The notes: a model not told the origin generated them from the letters alone. Shown: positions 1 to 9,271, counted from the stretch's first letter. The stretch: DNA of 64,000 bases from Desulfatiglandales bacterium (GCA_963666345.1 OY762721.1:256001-320000); one strand, 5' to 3'. Numbers and translations: made by a program.

Positions 1-175
1 TCTCCCTGTCGGAGCTTATTATTCCGGAAGTGATCCTTGTAGCCGTAAGCTTGGGGGGACTTCCTATCAGGTATACTGTTCCCTTGTAGGCGTTGGGCAG
101 ACAGAAAAGGATCGTTTCAATAATCTCCTTGCAGGCCTGCTCCAAAAATGCCTTGTCAAGTATATTGTCAAGCAC
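1..175 (-). CDS. Hypothetical protein, 5' part only (runs off the window start)
   Basis: Manual translation from GTG at 175 gives an open frame to the window edge: MLDNILDKAFLEQACKEIIETILFCLPNAYKGTVYLIGSPPKLTATRITSGIISSDRE. Divergent from the ORF at 349. Confidence 0.6.
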   Translation of the reverse strand, partial: MLDNILDKAFLEQACKEIIETILFCLPNAYKGTVYLIGSPPKLTATRITSGIISSDRE

Positions 176-348
176 TACCTTATATAGCCTCCATAAAATA
201 TAAGCGCCTTAAGGCGCTGCCATGCGTCAAGATAAAACCTTTTCGCCTCTGCATGGTAAAAGTTTTGTTAATTTATACCTTTTTTCATCTTTGTCAATGA
301 TAAATAAGGCCTCTTGACATTGCATTTCAAGGGTGTCAAATAGTTTCT

Positions 349-1209
349 ATGGAAAATAAAGGAATAATAATTGAAAACCGGCCTGAATCGAACGCCAGGG
401 TCCTGGTAGCCGGGTTCACCGGATGGGGAAACGCCCTCGAGATCTCAAGCTCCATGATGGATTATCTCATAAAAGGGCTTGGCGCGGTTAAATTCGCCAG
501 GTTAAACACGGATCTTTACTGCCGTTATATTGAAGAGCGCCCGGTCGTGCGAATAAACGACGGCGCCCTGACCTCAATAAGTCATGGCTTGGGTGAATTG
601 TATTTCGCCGACTCCACCCCTAACAATATCGTCATACTCAAGGCTCAGGAGCCCGCATTGAGATGGTTTCACTTTACCGAAGCGCTCTTATCACTTTGCG
701 GGCAGATGGGGATAAGGACGATCGTCACCATAGGCAGCATGTATGATAATGTCCTTCACAACGACAGGATAATGTCAGCGGTCAGCTCCAATGAGGAGCT
801 CTCGCTCAGGCTCAAGGAAAAAGGGATCCTTCCAATTTCCTATGAAGGCCCCTGCTCCATACACACGATCGTCCAGTCGGAGGGGGAATGGAAAGGATTT
901 GAATGCGCAAGCATCTGGTGCCACTGCCCCTATTACCTTCAGGGAACGACCCATTACGGCATACTCTCCCATCTCGGCTCTTTTCTCTCCGGTTTCTTCG
1001 GATTTGATCTGGACCTGACGGAATTAAACACACTTTGGAAGGAATTAAAGGAAAAGATTCAGGAAATAATCGACAATAACGGGGACCTCCAGGATATGAT
1101 CGCCAGGCTGAGAAAAGAAAAGGTGGGCGGATCATGGGCGCATATGAAGGAAGATGACCCGGGCCATGACAAGGTACTTGATATAAGGGATTTTATGAAG
1201 CCGAGGTGA
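349..1209 (+). CDS. PAC2 family (proteasome assembly chaperone-like) protein
   Basis: 286 aa with PAC2-like motifs: AGFTGWGNA, RPVVRI, EPALRW, YEGPCSI, WCHCPYY, DLDLTEL. Confidence 0.8.
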   Translation: MENKGIIIENRPESNARVLVAGFTGWGNALEISSSMMDYLIKGLGAVKFARLNTDLYCRYIEERPVVRINDGALTSISHGLGELYFADSTPNNIVILKAQEPALRWFHFTEALLSLCGQMGIRTIVTIGSMYDNVLHNDRIMSAVSSNEELSLRLKEKGILPISYEGPCSIHTIVQSEGEWKGFECASIWCHCPYYLQGTTHYGILSHLGSFLSGFFGFDLDLTELNTLWKELKEKIQEIIDNNGDLQDMIARLRKEKVGGSWAHMKEDDPGHDKVLDIRDFMKPR

Positions 1210-1216
1210 GAGTTGA

Positions 1217-1984
1217 TCAGGAATCGAGCCTCTTATCGCTGTCTCTTTTCTTTATTTCCTCTACAAGCCTGGTTATCACTGTCCCCGCCTGACCCTGAAG
1301 AAAGATATCCGTGACACTGTCCGTGAGATGGGTCCTCTCGGTGTTGATCTCTATAATCTTTGCCCCGTTCTTCTTGGCTATGGAAGGGATACTGTTTGCC
1401 GGGTACACCACCGCAGAGGTCCCCACTACCAGTACCGCCTGGCATGAAGAAGCCAGCCTGAAAGACCGGTCCATCGCCTCCTGGGAAATGGCCTCCCCGA
1501 AGAATATCACATCCGGCTTGAGAACCATGTCACATTCGCATCTTGGAGGATCGGCGCCCCTTCTCTCGTTTCCCTTGTAACTTCTGCCGCAGCGCAGACA
1601 GGAAAGGTTCCTTGAGTTCCCGTGGTATTCTATGACGTTTTTTGAACCTCCTGCCTGATGCAGGTTATCCACATTCTGTGTAATGACGCAATCCAGATAC
1701 CCCATCCGTTCAAGCTCTCCCATACCCTTATGAGCGCCGTTCGGCTTGGCCCCGGATACTATCGTCTCAAGTTCCCTGAGCATGTTCCAGACCTTCTCGG
1801 GATTTTCGCGAAAGGCTTTTATGGTGGCATATTCGGCCGGGTCGAACCTTGACCATAGACCGCCGGCACTTCTAAAATCCGGAATCCCCGATTCAACCGA
1901 TATGCCTGCTCCTGTCAGAGCCACGGACAACCTGGAATTTAAAATGGCGTCCGCGGCCCGGTAAATCAGTTTTTCCCATCCCAT
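1217..1984 (-). CDS. cobB: NAD-dependent protein deacylase (Sir2/CobB)
   Basis: Sirtuin motifs GAGISVESGIPDFR, TQNVDNLH, YHGN, two Zn-binding Cys pairs, KPDVIFFGE, GTSAVVYPA. Confidence 0.95.
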   Translation of the reverse strand: MGWEKLIYRAADAILNSRLSVALTGAGISVESGIPDFRSAGGLWSRFDPAEYATIKAFRENPEKVWNMLRELETIVSGAKPNGAHKGMGELERMGYLDCVITQNVDNLHQAGGSKNVIEYHGNSRNLSCLRCGRSYKGNERRGADPPRCECDMVLKPDVIFFGEAISQEAMDRSFRLASSCQAVLVVGTSAVVYPANSIPSIAKKNGAKIIEINTERTHLTDSVTDIFLQGQAGTVITRLVEEIKKRDSDKRLDS

Positions 1985-2040
1985 TTCAGATCTCCGGGCA
2001 TGTAAGACAACGTCGCGTCAAAAAGAAAGGCAGCGCCTGA

Positions 2041-2229
2041 TCAGGCCGGTTCAAACAGGATCTTCCCCTCGCTGTTGTTGTACAGCCTGAATTTCGCGTT
2101 AAGCGATTTCTGCTCTCCGAATATGCTGGTAAGCAGGATATGATCCTCCTTGAATTCAACGAGATCCACGCTTTCAAGGATCTTTTCTTCCTTTCCATCC
2201 CTTAACATAAATGCATGAGCCTCACACAT
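2041..2229 (-). CDS. cooT: CooT family nickel-binding protein
   Basis: From the internal Met: MCEAHAF...ILESVD...LTSIFGEQK. The MC start and S/D-IFGE motif are typical of CooT; 62 aa. Confidence 0.8.
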   Translation of the reverse strand: MCEAHAFMLRDGKEEKILESVDLVEFKEDHILLTSIFGEQKSLNAKFRLYNNSEGKILFEPA

Positions 2230-2277
2230 CTTGATCCCCCTCGCCAAAAAACAGTTAATCCCTGTTGTTCATATTCA

Positions 2278-2481
2278 TCAATCTTCAAGACAGGCAAGCG
2301 CCTTGCGGAGGCATTCGGTACTCTCAGCGGTGAGCCTTACCATCTCCCTGATCTGCCCCGCGCTTTCAGCTTTTCCAGACTGCTCCAGCTGTTCGGCGAA
2401 CATCTCGTATTCTTCCTGATGGTGTTCATTGTGACTTACCCAGTGTTCTATCCGGATCCTCGCCTTTTCTGCAAAATCCAT
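2278..2481 (-). CDS. Small His-containing helical protein (possible metal chaperone)
   Basis: 67 aa with motif HWVSHNEHHQEEY, GGAGG RBS upstream, co-oriented directly upstream of cooT. Confidence 0.7.
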   Translation of the reverse strand: MDFAEKARIRIEHWVSHNEHHQEEYEMFAEQLEQSGKAESAGQIREMVRLTAESTECLRKALACLED

Positions 2482-2857
2482 TATGACATTCCTCCAAGTT
2501 CAGATATTATTTTTTCCCCGCGACAACCAAACCTCTTTGAGGCACAAGGCAATGCCCGGACTTGCTTTAGTCTGTCAGGTTTATCTTTCACCTTGCTCAC
2601 GTTATTGAAACGTTAAGTAAAGCGTCTTTGATTGTCAATAAAATTTACTTTATATCAAGTTTGAATTGAGTTGGTAAAAATCATAATAATTAATGAAATC
2701 ATATGTTCATTAACTATAGGATGCTTTTAGATATTGACTACAAATATCTGCCGGAGTAATATCCTTTACTGCGAGGATTCATCGACTCAGACCAACATGG
2801 TATAAAAGATTTTTTCCGGCCAAATTCATATCCAAACATCCCAGGGGAGGATTTAAC

Positions 2858-3376
2858 ATGGATGAAATGCTTGAAGGCAAAAAAATCCTTATAGTTGACG
2901 ATGAACCGGATATCTTGGAGACCCTTGAAGAGATACTCGACATGTGCTCCATTGATACGGCCCCTAATTTCGAGACAGCCCAAAAATTCCTGAATAAATA
3001 CAAGTATGACGTTGCAATCCTGGATATCATGGGTGTCAGAGGATATGACCTGCTCAAGCTTGCCAATGAAAAGGGTATCCCGGCCATAATGCTTACCGCC
3101 CATGCCCTTAACCCTGAAAACCTGGTAAAATCGATAAAAGGCGGGGCACACTCCTATGTGCCCAAAGACAAGATTGCCGAGATCGACACCTTTGTTGAAG
3201 ATATAATAGCGGCCAGGGGAAAAGGGCCTGAGAAGCAGGTAAAATGGTTTGACAGGTTGAAGCCCTTTTTTGACAAGAAATTCGGTGCGGGATGGAAAGA
3301 ACAGGACAGTGAGTTCTGGGAAGAATTTGACAAGAGCTACCGGGTTTCAAAGGATGAAATCGAAAAGATGATGTAA
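2858..3376 (+). CDS. Response regulator (receiver domain plus C-terminal extension)
   Basis: ILIVDDE, ILDIMG, MLTAH, YVPK receiver signature; GGAGG RBS. Confidence 0.9.
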   Translation: MDEMLEGKKILIVDDEPDILETLEEILDMCSIDTAPNFETAQKFLNKYKYDVAILDIMGVRGYDLLKLANEKGIPAIMLTAHALNPENLVKSIKGGAHSYVPKDKIAEIDTFVEDIIAARGKGPEKQVKWFDRLKPFFDKKFGAGWKEQDSEFWEEFDKSYRVSKDEIEKMM

Positions 3377-3384
3377 TCCCTTCT

Positions 3385-4218
3385 TTATTCCACAATCTCA
3401 CAGACATCTTCAGATAAAGGAATCCTTACGATAAATTTTGCGCCCTTTCCCTGATCACTTTCAAGGGAAAGGCTGCAATCCATGTCCTCCACCAGGACCA
3501 TGACCCCGGCAAGGCCCAGCCCGTGCCCCCTTACGGTATAGGTATCGCAGGCGTCCATCTGAAAATAGCTTTCGAATATCTTCTTGTGATAAAATTCCGG
3601 TATACCTTCACCGTCATCCTTCACATAAAAAAGCAGGGATCCGGGATACTGCTCGATTCCAAGCTCAACCAGAGTCTTTTTATATTTCAGGGCATTGGTA
3701 AGCAGATTCCTGAGGATCTGTTTCAGTTTTGCCTCATCGAGCTTGAACTGCCTGCACCAGAGCTCATCGGTCACATTGAGCCTTATACCCTTGACCTCCA
3801 GATTCTCCCTGAGAACCCCTATGCCGGTGCACGCTTTTATCTTTTCGGACGTGGCCCCGTCCGCCAGATCGAATATCTCCACGAGTGACTGCTCTATGAG
3901 ATCGGAGACCGTGACTTTCGACCTGTTTATTATACCCTCCCTGGATCTTCCCAGTTCAAGGGCGTCACTTACCAGAGTCTGAATTACCTTTATATTTCTC
4001 AGTGCCCTGACAAGCACCTTTTCCTGTTTGTCTGTCAATGGCCCGTATTTTTCAGGCCTTCTGAAAAGGGAAGTGATTCCCGCCTCTATTACCGCAAGAG
4101 GGACTTTGAAATCATGAATGAGAAGGTCCAGCTTTATCCTCTCGCGCCTTTTTCCTCCTCTTCCGGCCGCCTGTTTATCTTCCTGTCCTGTCATCTTTTC
4201 AGCGCTGGTACTGGTCAT
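3385..4218 (-). CDS. Cytoplasmic histidine kinase without evident sensor domain
   Basis: H-box IHDFKVPL, N-box NLLTNALKY, DDGEGIP, GHGLGL. Start is uncertain (track gives 4272; Met at 4218 used). Confidence 0.85.
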   Translation of the reverse strand: MTSTSAEKMTGQEDKQAAGRGGKRRERIKLDLLIHDFKVPLAVIEAGITSLFRRPEKYGPLTDKQEKVLVRALRNIKVIQTLVSDALELGRSREGIINRSKVTVSDLIEQSLVEIFDLADGATSEKIKACTGIGVLRENLEVKGIRLNVTDELWCRQFKLDEAKLKQILRNLLTNALKYKKTLVELGIEQYPGSLLFYVKDDGEGIPEFYHKKIFESYFQMDACDTYTVRGHGLGLAGVMVLVEDMDCSLSLESDQGKGAKFIVRIPLSEDVCEIVE

Positions 4219-4518
4219 TTTTTTTAATATTTTTACTAGATTTTTGTGTATTGATCTTCGAAACAGCATCATAATTATACAGGATCTCCAAATCAGCCGG
4301 TCGACCGGATAGTTTCAATCCGGAAAACACACTCATACTCAAGCAGAGGGGGAATGGATGTTACAGCAATAAAATGCTCAAATATCACCTAGTTGAACGC
4401 TTTTTAAATAATTGCGTTGAAAAAAATTTATTATACAAAATTTAATTCTATTTATCTAGTGTTCATCCAAAAATTAAAGAACGGGCACTCATCACTGCCC
4501 AACAGGCCGGTTAGATCA

Positions 4519-5382
4519 TCAGGAGTAAAACAGGAGCCCGGCATAGCCCACGAAGCTTGAATCAGGCCTTACATCATAACTTGTGGCATATACCAGCTCT
4601 TCTCCCTGTACCGCTCCCAGGGTATGGGCCGCCTCCACGGCTGCTCCCGCGGCACCGCCGCAGCAGGCGTTACGGCTTTTAAGGGATTCCAGGACAATCC
4701 CCCTGGCATCCATATTCACCATGAGCTCCACGGCTTTCCTGTCGTTTTCCTCTCTTACCCATTTGAGCGCCTCTTTTCCCGACCCCTTAGGCGTAAATCC
4801 GTAATTCATGCCGTAGTGGGTAAGATCGGTTGAACCGATAACGATCATTCTTCTGCCGAGTGAAGTGCCTATCCCCGCCACCCTCGCAGCCAGATCAAGG
4901 CTGGTCAATGAAGGCGGAACACCTATCGGCAGGATCCTCGTTTCAGGGAAAAAATACTTTATAAAAGGCAGTTGAAGCTCAATCGTGTTGTCCTGCTCAT
5001 AGCGTGATCCGGTCTCAACGACAAATTCATACTCCGACTCGATCCCAGCGGCAAGCTCACTGTCGATCTCAATAGACCCCAGCGGGGTCTCCCACGCACC
5101 CGAGGTCATGATATATCTGTTGCCGGATGGAGGAAGGTGCCTGCCGAAGATTACGCATGTGTCGGGATCTTCATCCCCTTTAAGGCACCTTATGACAGAG
5201 CATGCTATCCTTCCCGAAAACACCCAGCCCGCGTGAGGGACTATACCTCCGACAGCGCTTCCACCCTCCGGGGGACAGGGGATGCCCTTCTGCATGAACT
5301 CCTCTATCTGCCTGCGGCACTCCGATTCTCTTCCCGGGTACCACGCGCCTGCCAAATCGGCCCTTCTGGTTTCCACTTTCAT
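4519..5382 (-). CDS. amrB: AmmeMemoRadiSam system protein B (MEMO1 family)
   Basis: AGAWYP, IVPHAGWVFSG, WETPLG, IELQLPF, STDLTHYG, SFVGYA. Confidence 0.92.
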   Translation of the reverse strand: MKVETRRADLAGAWYPGRESECRRQIEEFMQKGIPCPPEGGSAVGGIVPHAGWVFSGRIACSVIRCLKGDEDPDTCVIFGRHLPPSGNRYIMTSGAWETPLGSIEIDSELAAGIESEYEFVVETGSRYEQDNTIELQLPFIKYFFPETRILPIGVPPSLTSLDLAARVAGIGTSLGRRMIVIGSTDLTHYGMNYGFTPKGSGKEALKWVREENDRKAVELMVNMDARGIVLESLKSRNACCGGAAGAAVEAAHTLGAVQGEELVYATSYDVRPDSSFVGYAGLLFYS

Positions 5383-5551
5383 ACCTCCTTAAAACTTCCG
5401 TAAAATTTCCGGTAATGACCGGCTGCCTGACAGGTAAAGAATTTTGGTTGAAGCATCCGGTATTTACTGATATTAATCGATCCATTACCCTGTGGCTTAA
5501 ATGCGCACAGGGTAGTTTATTTAAAAAAAAGACTGAAAAGAGACATCTATA

Positions 5552-6196
5552 ATGCACTTTGATATATCGGCCCTGATAGTAAAGATTCCGGTCCTGCTTT
5601 TTGCCATAACCATCCATGAATACGCCCACGGAAGGGCGGCCCTCTGGCTGGGGGATCCCACCGCGAAAAACATGGGACGGCTTACGCTCAATCCCATTCC
5701 CCATATCGACCCGATAGGGGCAATCTGTCTGTTTCTGTTCAGCTTCGGCTGGGCAAAACCGGTTCCGGTAAACCCCAGGTATTTCAGGGAACCGAGAAAG
5801 GGCATCATCTTGATGTCCTTAAGCGGTCCTTTTGCCAACCTCTCGGCGGCACTTCTGGCAGGCCTGTGCCTGCGTTTTTTTCCCTTTCCCTTTGAGGTAT
5901 ATCTCAAGGCCCTTTTATGGCTGATCCTAATGAACATAGGCCTTGGGCTCTTCAACCTTGTTCCGATTCCGCCCCTTGACGGCTCGCATGTGCTTGAAAA
6001 CATCCTGCCGCAGAAAATCGCCCTGAGATACAGGCAGATGGGACGCTACGGCGCAATATTCATAATAGGGATCGTGATGCTGGACAATTTCGCGCACACC
6101 GGAATCATCGCCAAGCTCCTTGTGGGTCCGATCTTCAGGCTCGCCCACCTGTTCGCGGGCGACATACTCTTTCAGCTTATTCCCCTTTTGAGATAG
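5552..6196 (+). CDS. Site-2 protease (peptidase M50)
   Basis: HEYAH zinc motif, GDPT..GRLTLNP, GPFANL, FNLVPIPPLDGS. Confidence 0.93.
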   Translation: MHFDISALIVKIPVLLFAITIHEYAHGRAALWLGDPTAKNMGRLTLNPIPHIDPIGAICLFLFSFGWAKPVPVNPRYFREPRKGIILMSLSGPFANLSAALLAGLCLRFFPFPFEVYLKALLWLILMNIGLGLFNLVPIPPLDGSHVLENILPQKIALRYRQMGRYGAIFIIGIVMLDNFAHTGIIAKLLVGPIFRLAHLFAGDILFQLIPLLR

Positions 6197-6644
6197 CCCA
6201 CTGCGTAGGCGGACATTATCAATGGCCTCTTAAAGGAATAATTCAAGATTATCAAGAACAGGTCTAACGCGCAAGCCCTTTCAAGACCCTCACCGTTCAA
6301 AATCCTCAGCCATTATGAGCCTGTCCATATCCCCTCTTATAGCTTTTTCATCTTCTTTTATACCAATCTTCTCATCATACTCATTCAGATTCTATATACA
6401 CGATTCATAAGGCATCGAAGTCAACGACGTCCCTCATGTCCTCCCAAAAAAAGAATAAAAGCATAGGTGCGCCTTTTTTTTGCATAGATCCCAAAGCATC
6501 CGATCCACCCGACCGCGGGGCGTCCCGGTCGTTTGACACGCGGGCCGCAATTACCTATACTCCGCACACAACAGGAGAATTCCAACGCCGGGGGGGCTGC
6601 ATCCGGCCGCGGGTGCGACCAGCATACAAAGGAGGACAACGGGC

Positions 6645-7658
6645 ATGAAGGCATGGGTGCTAAGAGAGCAAGCCGCGATCGAGGAAAGACCGCTCACGCT
6701 TGAGGAGATCCCCACGCCCGATCCCGGAGACGATGAGATCCGCATCAAGACCCTGGTCTGCGGAGTATGCAGGACCGATATCCACATCGCCGAAGGAGAC
6801 CTGGCCCTCAAGAAATCCCCCCTTGTCCTCGGCCACCAGGTCGTGGGGGTGGTGGATGCCGTCGGAAAACGGGTCCAACGGTTTCAGAAGGGAGACCGGG
6901 CCGGGGTTTACTGGCTCTACCGTTCCTGCGGGACCTGCAGGTACTGCATGTCCCGGCAGGAAAACTACTGTCCCCGTTTCGAGGCCACAGGCTGGCACCA
7001 AAACGGCGGGTACGCGGAATACATGACCATCCCCGAGCGCTATGCCCTGCCCCTGGGGCATCCGTCCCTGGATCCGAGGGAGATCGCCCCGCTCCTCTGC
7101 CCCGGAATCGCCGGGTACGCGGCCTTAAAGTTGACCGGGGCCGTCAAAGGGGACAGGCTGGGCCTCTACGGCTTCGGCCCCACGGCCTACTTTGTACTCA
7201 AGGCGGCTCAATCCCTCGGGATGGAAGTCCTGGTCAGCACCCGCTCGCCCAAGAACATCGAACGGGCCAAAAAGGAGGGGGCTCTCTGGGCCGCGGACGC
7301 CTCCAAGGAAGCCATGCCTGAGCCCCTGCAGGCAGCCATCGTCTTTCCGCCTGCCGGCAACCTGGTCGAACCGGCCCTGGCCCAGGTGGAAAGGGGCGGC
7401 ACGGTTGTCCTGGCCCCGGTGAGCTCCTCTCCCATCACCATCGACAATTACAGTGAAAACCTCTGGGGCCGCTCAATCCAGACCCTCTACAACCTCAACC
7501 GCGTGGACGCGGAGGAATTCCTACATCTGGTGGAAGACCTGGACCTTGATATCGCCACGGTCGTGGTCCCCTTTAAGGACCTTGAGGACGCCCTGATACA
7601 GGTCAAACATGGAAAGGCTGAGCAGCCTAACGTGGTGATCCAGGTGTCGGAACCCTAG
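6645..7658 (+). CDS. Zinc-dependent alcohol dehydrogenase family protein
   Basis: CGVCRTD, GHQVVG, CGTCRYC-x7-C structural Zn site, LLCPG, YGFG. Visibly more GC-rich than its neighbours; AGGAGG RBS. Confidence 0.92.
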   Translation: MKAWVLREQAAIEERPLTLEEIPTPDPGDDEIRIKTLVCGVCRTDIHIAEGDLALKKSPLVLGHQVVGVVDAVGKRVQRFQKGDRAGVYWLYRSCGTCRYCMSRQENYCPRFEATGWHQNGGYAEYMTIPERYALPLGHPSLDPREIAPLLCPGIAGYAALKLTGAVKGDRLGLYGFGPTAYFVLKAAQSLGMEVLVSTRSPKNIERAKKEGALWAADASKEAMPEPLQAAIVFPPAGNLVEPALAQVERGGTVVLAPVSSSPITIDNYSENLWGRSIQTLYNLNRVDAEEFLHLVEDLDLDIATVVVPFKDLEDALIQVKHGKAEQPNVVIQVSEP

Positions 7659-7688
7659 GTTTCTGGTTCACCCGGGGGCGGCATCGGA

Positions 7689-7910
7689 AGGCCGGATGCA
7701 GGAGCCCTGATAAAGGGAAGCGGAGGCCTCAGAAAAGTACGCTGGAGCCTTCCGGGTAAAGGGAAGAGCGGCTCAATCAGGATTATTTACTATTGGATTT
7801 CACCTGACAGTATCTTAATTAACTTTCCTTATAAAAAAAGCGAACAGGAAGATCTCACACCAGAACAGCTTAGGGTTCTGCATGAATTGGTAAAGGAGTT
7901 TTTAGGATGA
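7689..7910 (+). pseudogene. 5'-truncated RelE/HigB-2-type toxin
   Basis: Manual translation: RPDAGALIKGSGGLRKVRWSLPGKGKSGSIRIIYYW...PYKKSEQEDLTPEQLRVLHELVKEFLG*. Its stop overlaps the antitoxin ATG (ATGA); N-terminus and start codon are absent. Confidence 0.8.
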
Positions 7911-8200
7911 AAAATGAAAATTTCGAAAAACTGGTTTCAAGTATAAAAGAAGCCGGCCAAATAATGGCAGGGGAAAAAGAACCAAGCCGCATTTTTGAAA
8001 TTGACGCACCGGATATCAGGGCTGTAAGGGAGAAGCTTAATGTCTCGCAGAATGAATTTGCCCTGATGATTGGGGTAAGCGTCCGTACTCTCCAGAACTG
8101 GGAACAGGGAAGAAGAAAGCCGGAAGGCCCTGCAAAGGCATTGCTTCGAATCGCATCCCGGAACCCGCAGGCTGTAATTGATGCTTTACATTCAAAATAG
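7907..8200 (+). CDS. XRE/HigA-type helix-turn-helix antitoxin
   Basis: IRAVREKLNVSQNEFALMIGVSVRTLQNWEQGRRKPEGPAKALL; translationally coupled to the toxin remnant. Confidence 0.88.
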   Translation: MKNENFEKLVSSIKEAGQIMAGEKEPSRIFEIDAPDIRAVREKLNVSQNEFALMIGVSVRTLQNWEQGRRKPEGPAKALLRIASRNPQAVIDALHSK

Positions 8201-8273
8201 ACTACAAATAATCAATTTTATTACATTTATATTAATCTACTGATTGTAAGTGCACTCCTGTGTCCCGCTGATT

Positions 8274-8459
8274 TCATTTTGATCCGCCCTGCTCTTCTTC
8301 ACATATATCGCATACCCGATCGAACCAGTCCTCGATCTGGTCCCGGTAATCATCCGGCTTTGCTTCCATTCCGCACGACCTGCAGACCACTCTTGCGCTG
8401 CATCACCGCCCTGTAAGCTCCGCTTCTCCTCCGCAGAATATGCAAATCAGGTTGTCCAT
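8274..8459 (-). CDS. Small Cys-rich zinc-ribbon-like protein with in-frame TGA (candidate selenoprotein; alternatively a pseudogene)
   Basis: MDNLICIFCGGEAELTGR[TGA]CSARVVCRSCGMEAKPDDYRDQIEDWFDRVCDICEEEQGGSK*. Purine-rich RBS-like TAAGGGGAG just upstream; hairpin TCTGCA-GGTCG-TGCGGA with its loop 22 nt after the TGA. Confidence 0.55.
8370..8386 (-). promoter_or_regulatory. Putative SECIS hairpin of the small ORF
   Basis: 6-bp stem (one G-U) with a GG-initiated loop; spacing similar to the hdrA and mvhD hairpins in this window. Confidence 0.45.
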
Positions 8460-8495
8460 ATCTCCCCTTATAACTCCGTACCCTTAGTCATTACA

Positions 8496-9105
8496 TCCAG
8501 CAAAGCCGGAGGCTTGATTTTGTGAACCGCTCAAAGCGGTTAGTTCCGGACCACCTAAAGGTGGCTAAGATTGAAACAGCCCTAATTGGTCGAGCTTCTT
8601 ATCTATTTCTCGGTGTTTTTTGATATACTGCCGGATCACCTCTTCATCGCGCCCGGCTGTTGAAACGTAATATCCCCTCGCCCAGAAGTGTTGACCGCTA
8701 AAGTTTTTTCGCTTTCCCATATTCTGACGCGCAATATGGATAGCGCTTTTACCCTGATATAACCTACAACCTGGGAGACTGCATATTTTGGCGCGATATC
8801 AGCATATGAAGATGGTCGCCCTTCATATGACCCTCATGAATCTTGCTCTCCTTATGGGATGCAAGCTCATGTACAACCTCTCCCAGATGCTTGCGCAATT
8901 GCCCGTAAAGCGTCTCCTTCCGATACTTCGGTATCCATACCAGATGATACTTGCAATCCCATTCTGTGTGGCTTAAGCTCTGAATATCGTTCATCGTAAG
9001 CCTCCTTGAAAGTGATTTTTGAGCGGTTCACAATCGGGTAGGCTTTCGTATTTTCCCGTAACTGTCAAACTTTGCGTGTCTCCCCGGCAAAGCCGGGGGT
9101 TTACC
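8496..9105 (-). mobile_element. IS200/IS605-family element (tnpA only), degenerate
   Basis: Related hairpins at both ends (TCCAGCAAAGCCGGA at 8496; CCCCGGCAAAGCCGGGG at ~9082), extra hairpins at 8525-8541 and 8551-8564, enclosing tnpA. Exact ends approximate. Confidence 0.8.
8565..8994 (-). pseudogene. tnpA: IS200-type Y1 transposase, two frameshifts
   Basis: CKYHLVWIPKYR and HUH motif DHLHMLI, then after frameshifts (~8793, ~8755) PKYAVSQVVGYI / GKSAIHIAR...HFWARGYYVSTAGRDEEVIRQYIK to TAG at 8565. Confidence 0.88.
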
Positions 9106-9149
9106 CGGATTAATTAAAGCCTATGATTTTGCATTTTTTGCCTCCGTTT

Positions 9150-9271
9150 GTCATTCCTTCAAGAAGCGCCTCTACTTGTTCCCCCTATGATATTACCCAT
9201 GGCGATTTACCTATCTATTCTTTGTGGATACCCTCATATCCGTGTCAGACGCCTGTGATCCGGCCGTACAC
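9150..9271 (-). pseudogene. Decayed C-terminal remnant, ADP-ribosylglycohydrolase-like (copy 1)
   Basis: Reads VYGRITGV*HGYEGIHKE*IGK, resembling the family's G-x-(L/I)-x-G-A-x-x-G-x-x-x-I-P-x-x-W tail; contains stops and a frameshift. Confidence 0.5.

Noticed and set aside
7656..7688. Pyrrolysine read-through of the ADH TAG into the toxin fragment
   Set aside because: The ADH is already full length, no pyl genes are in the window, and the frame match is easily chance.
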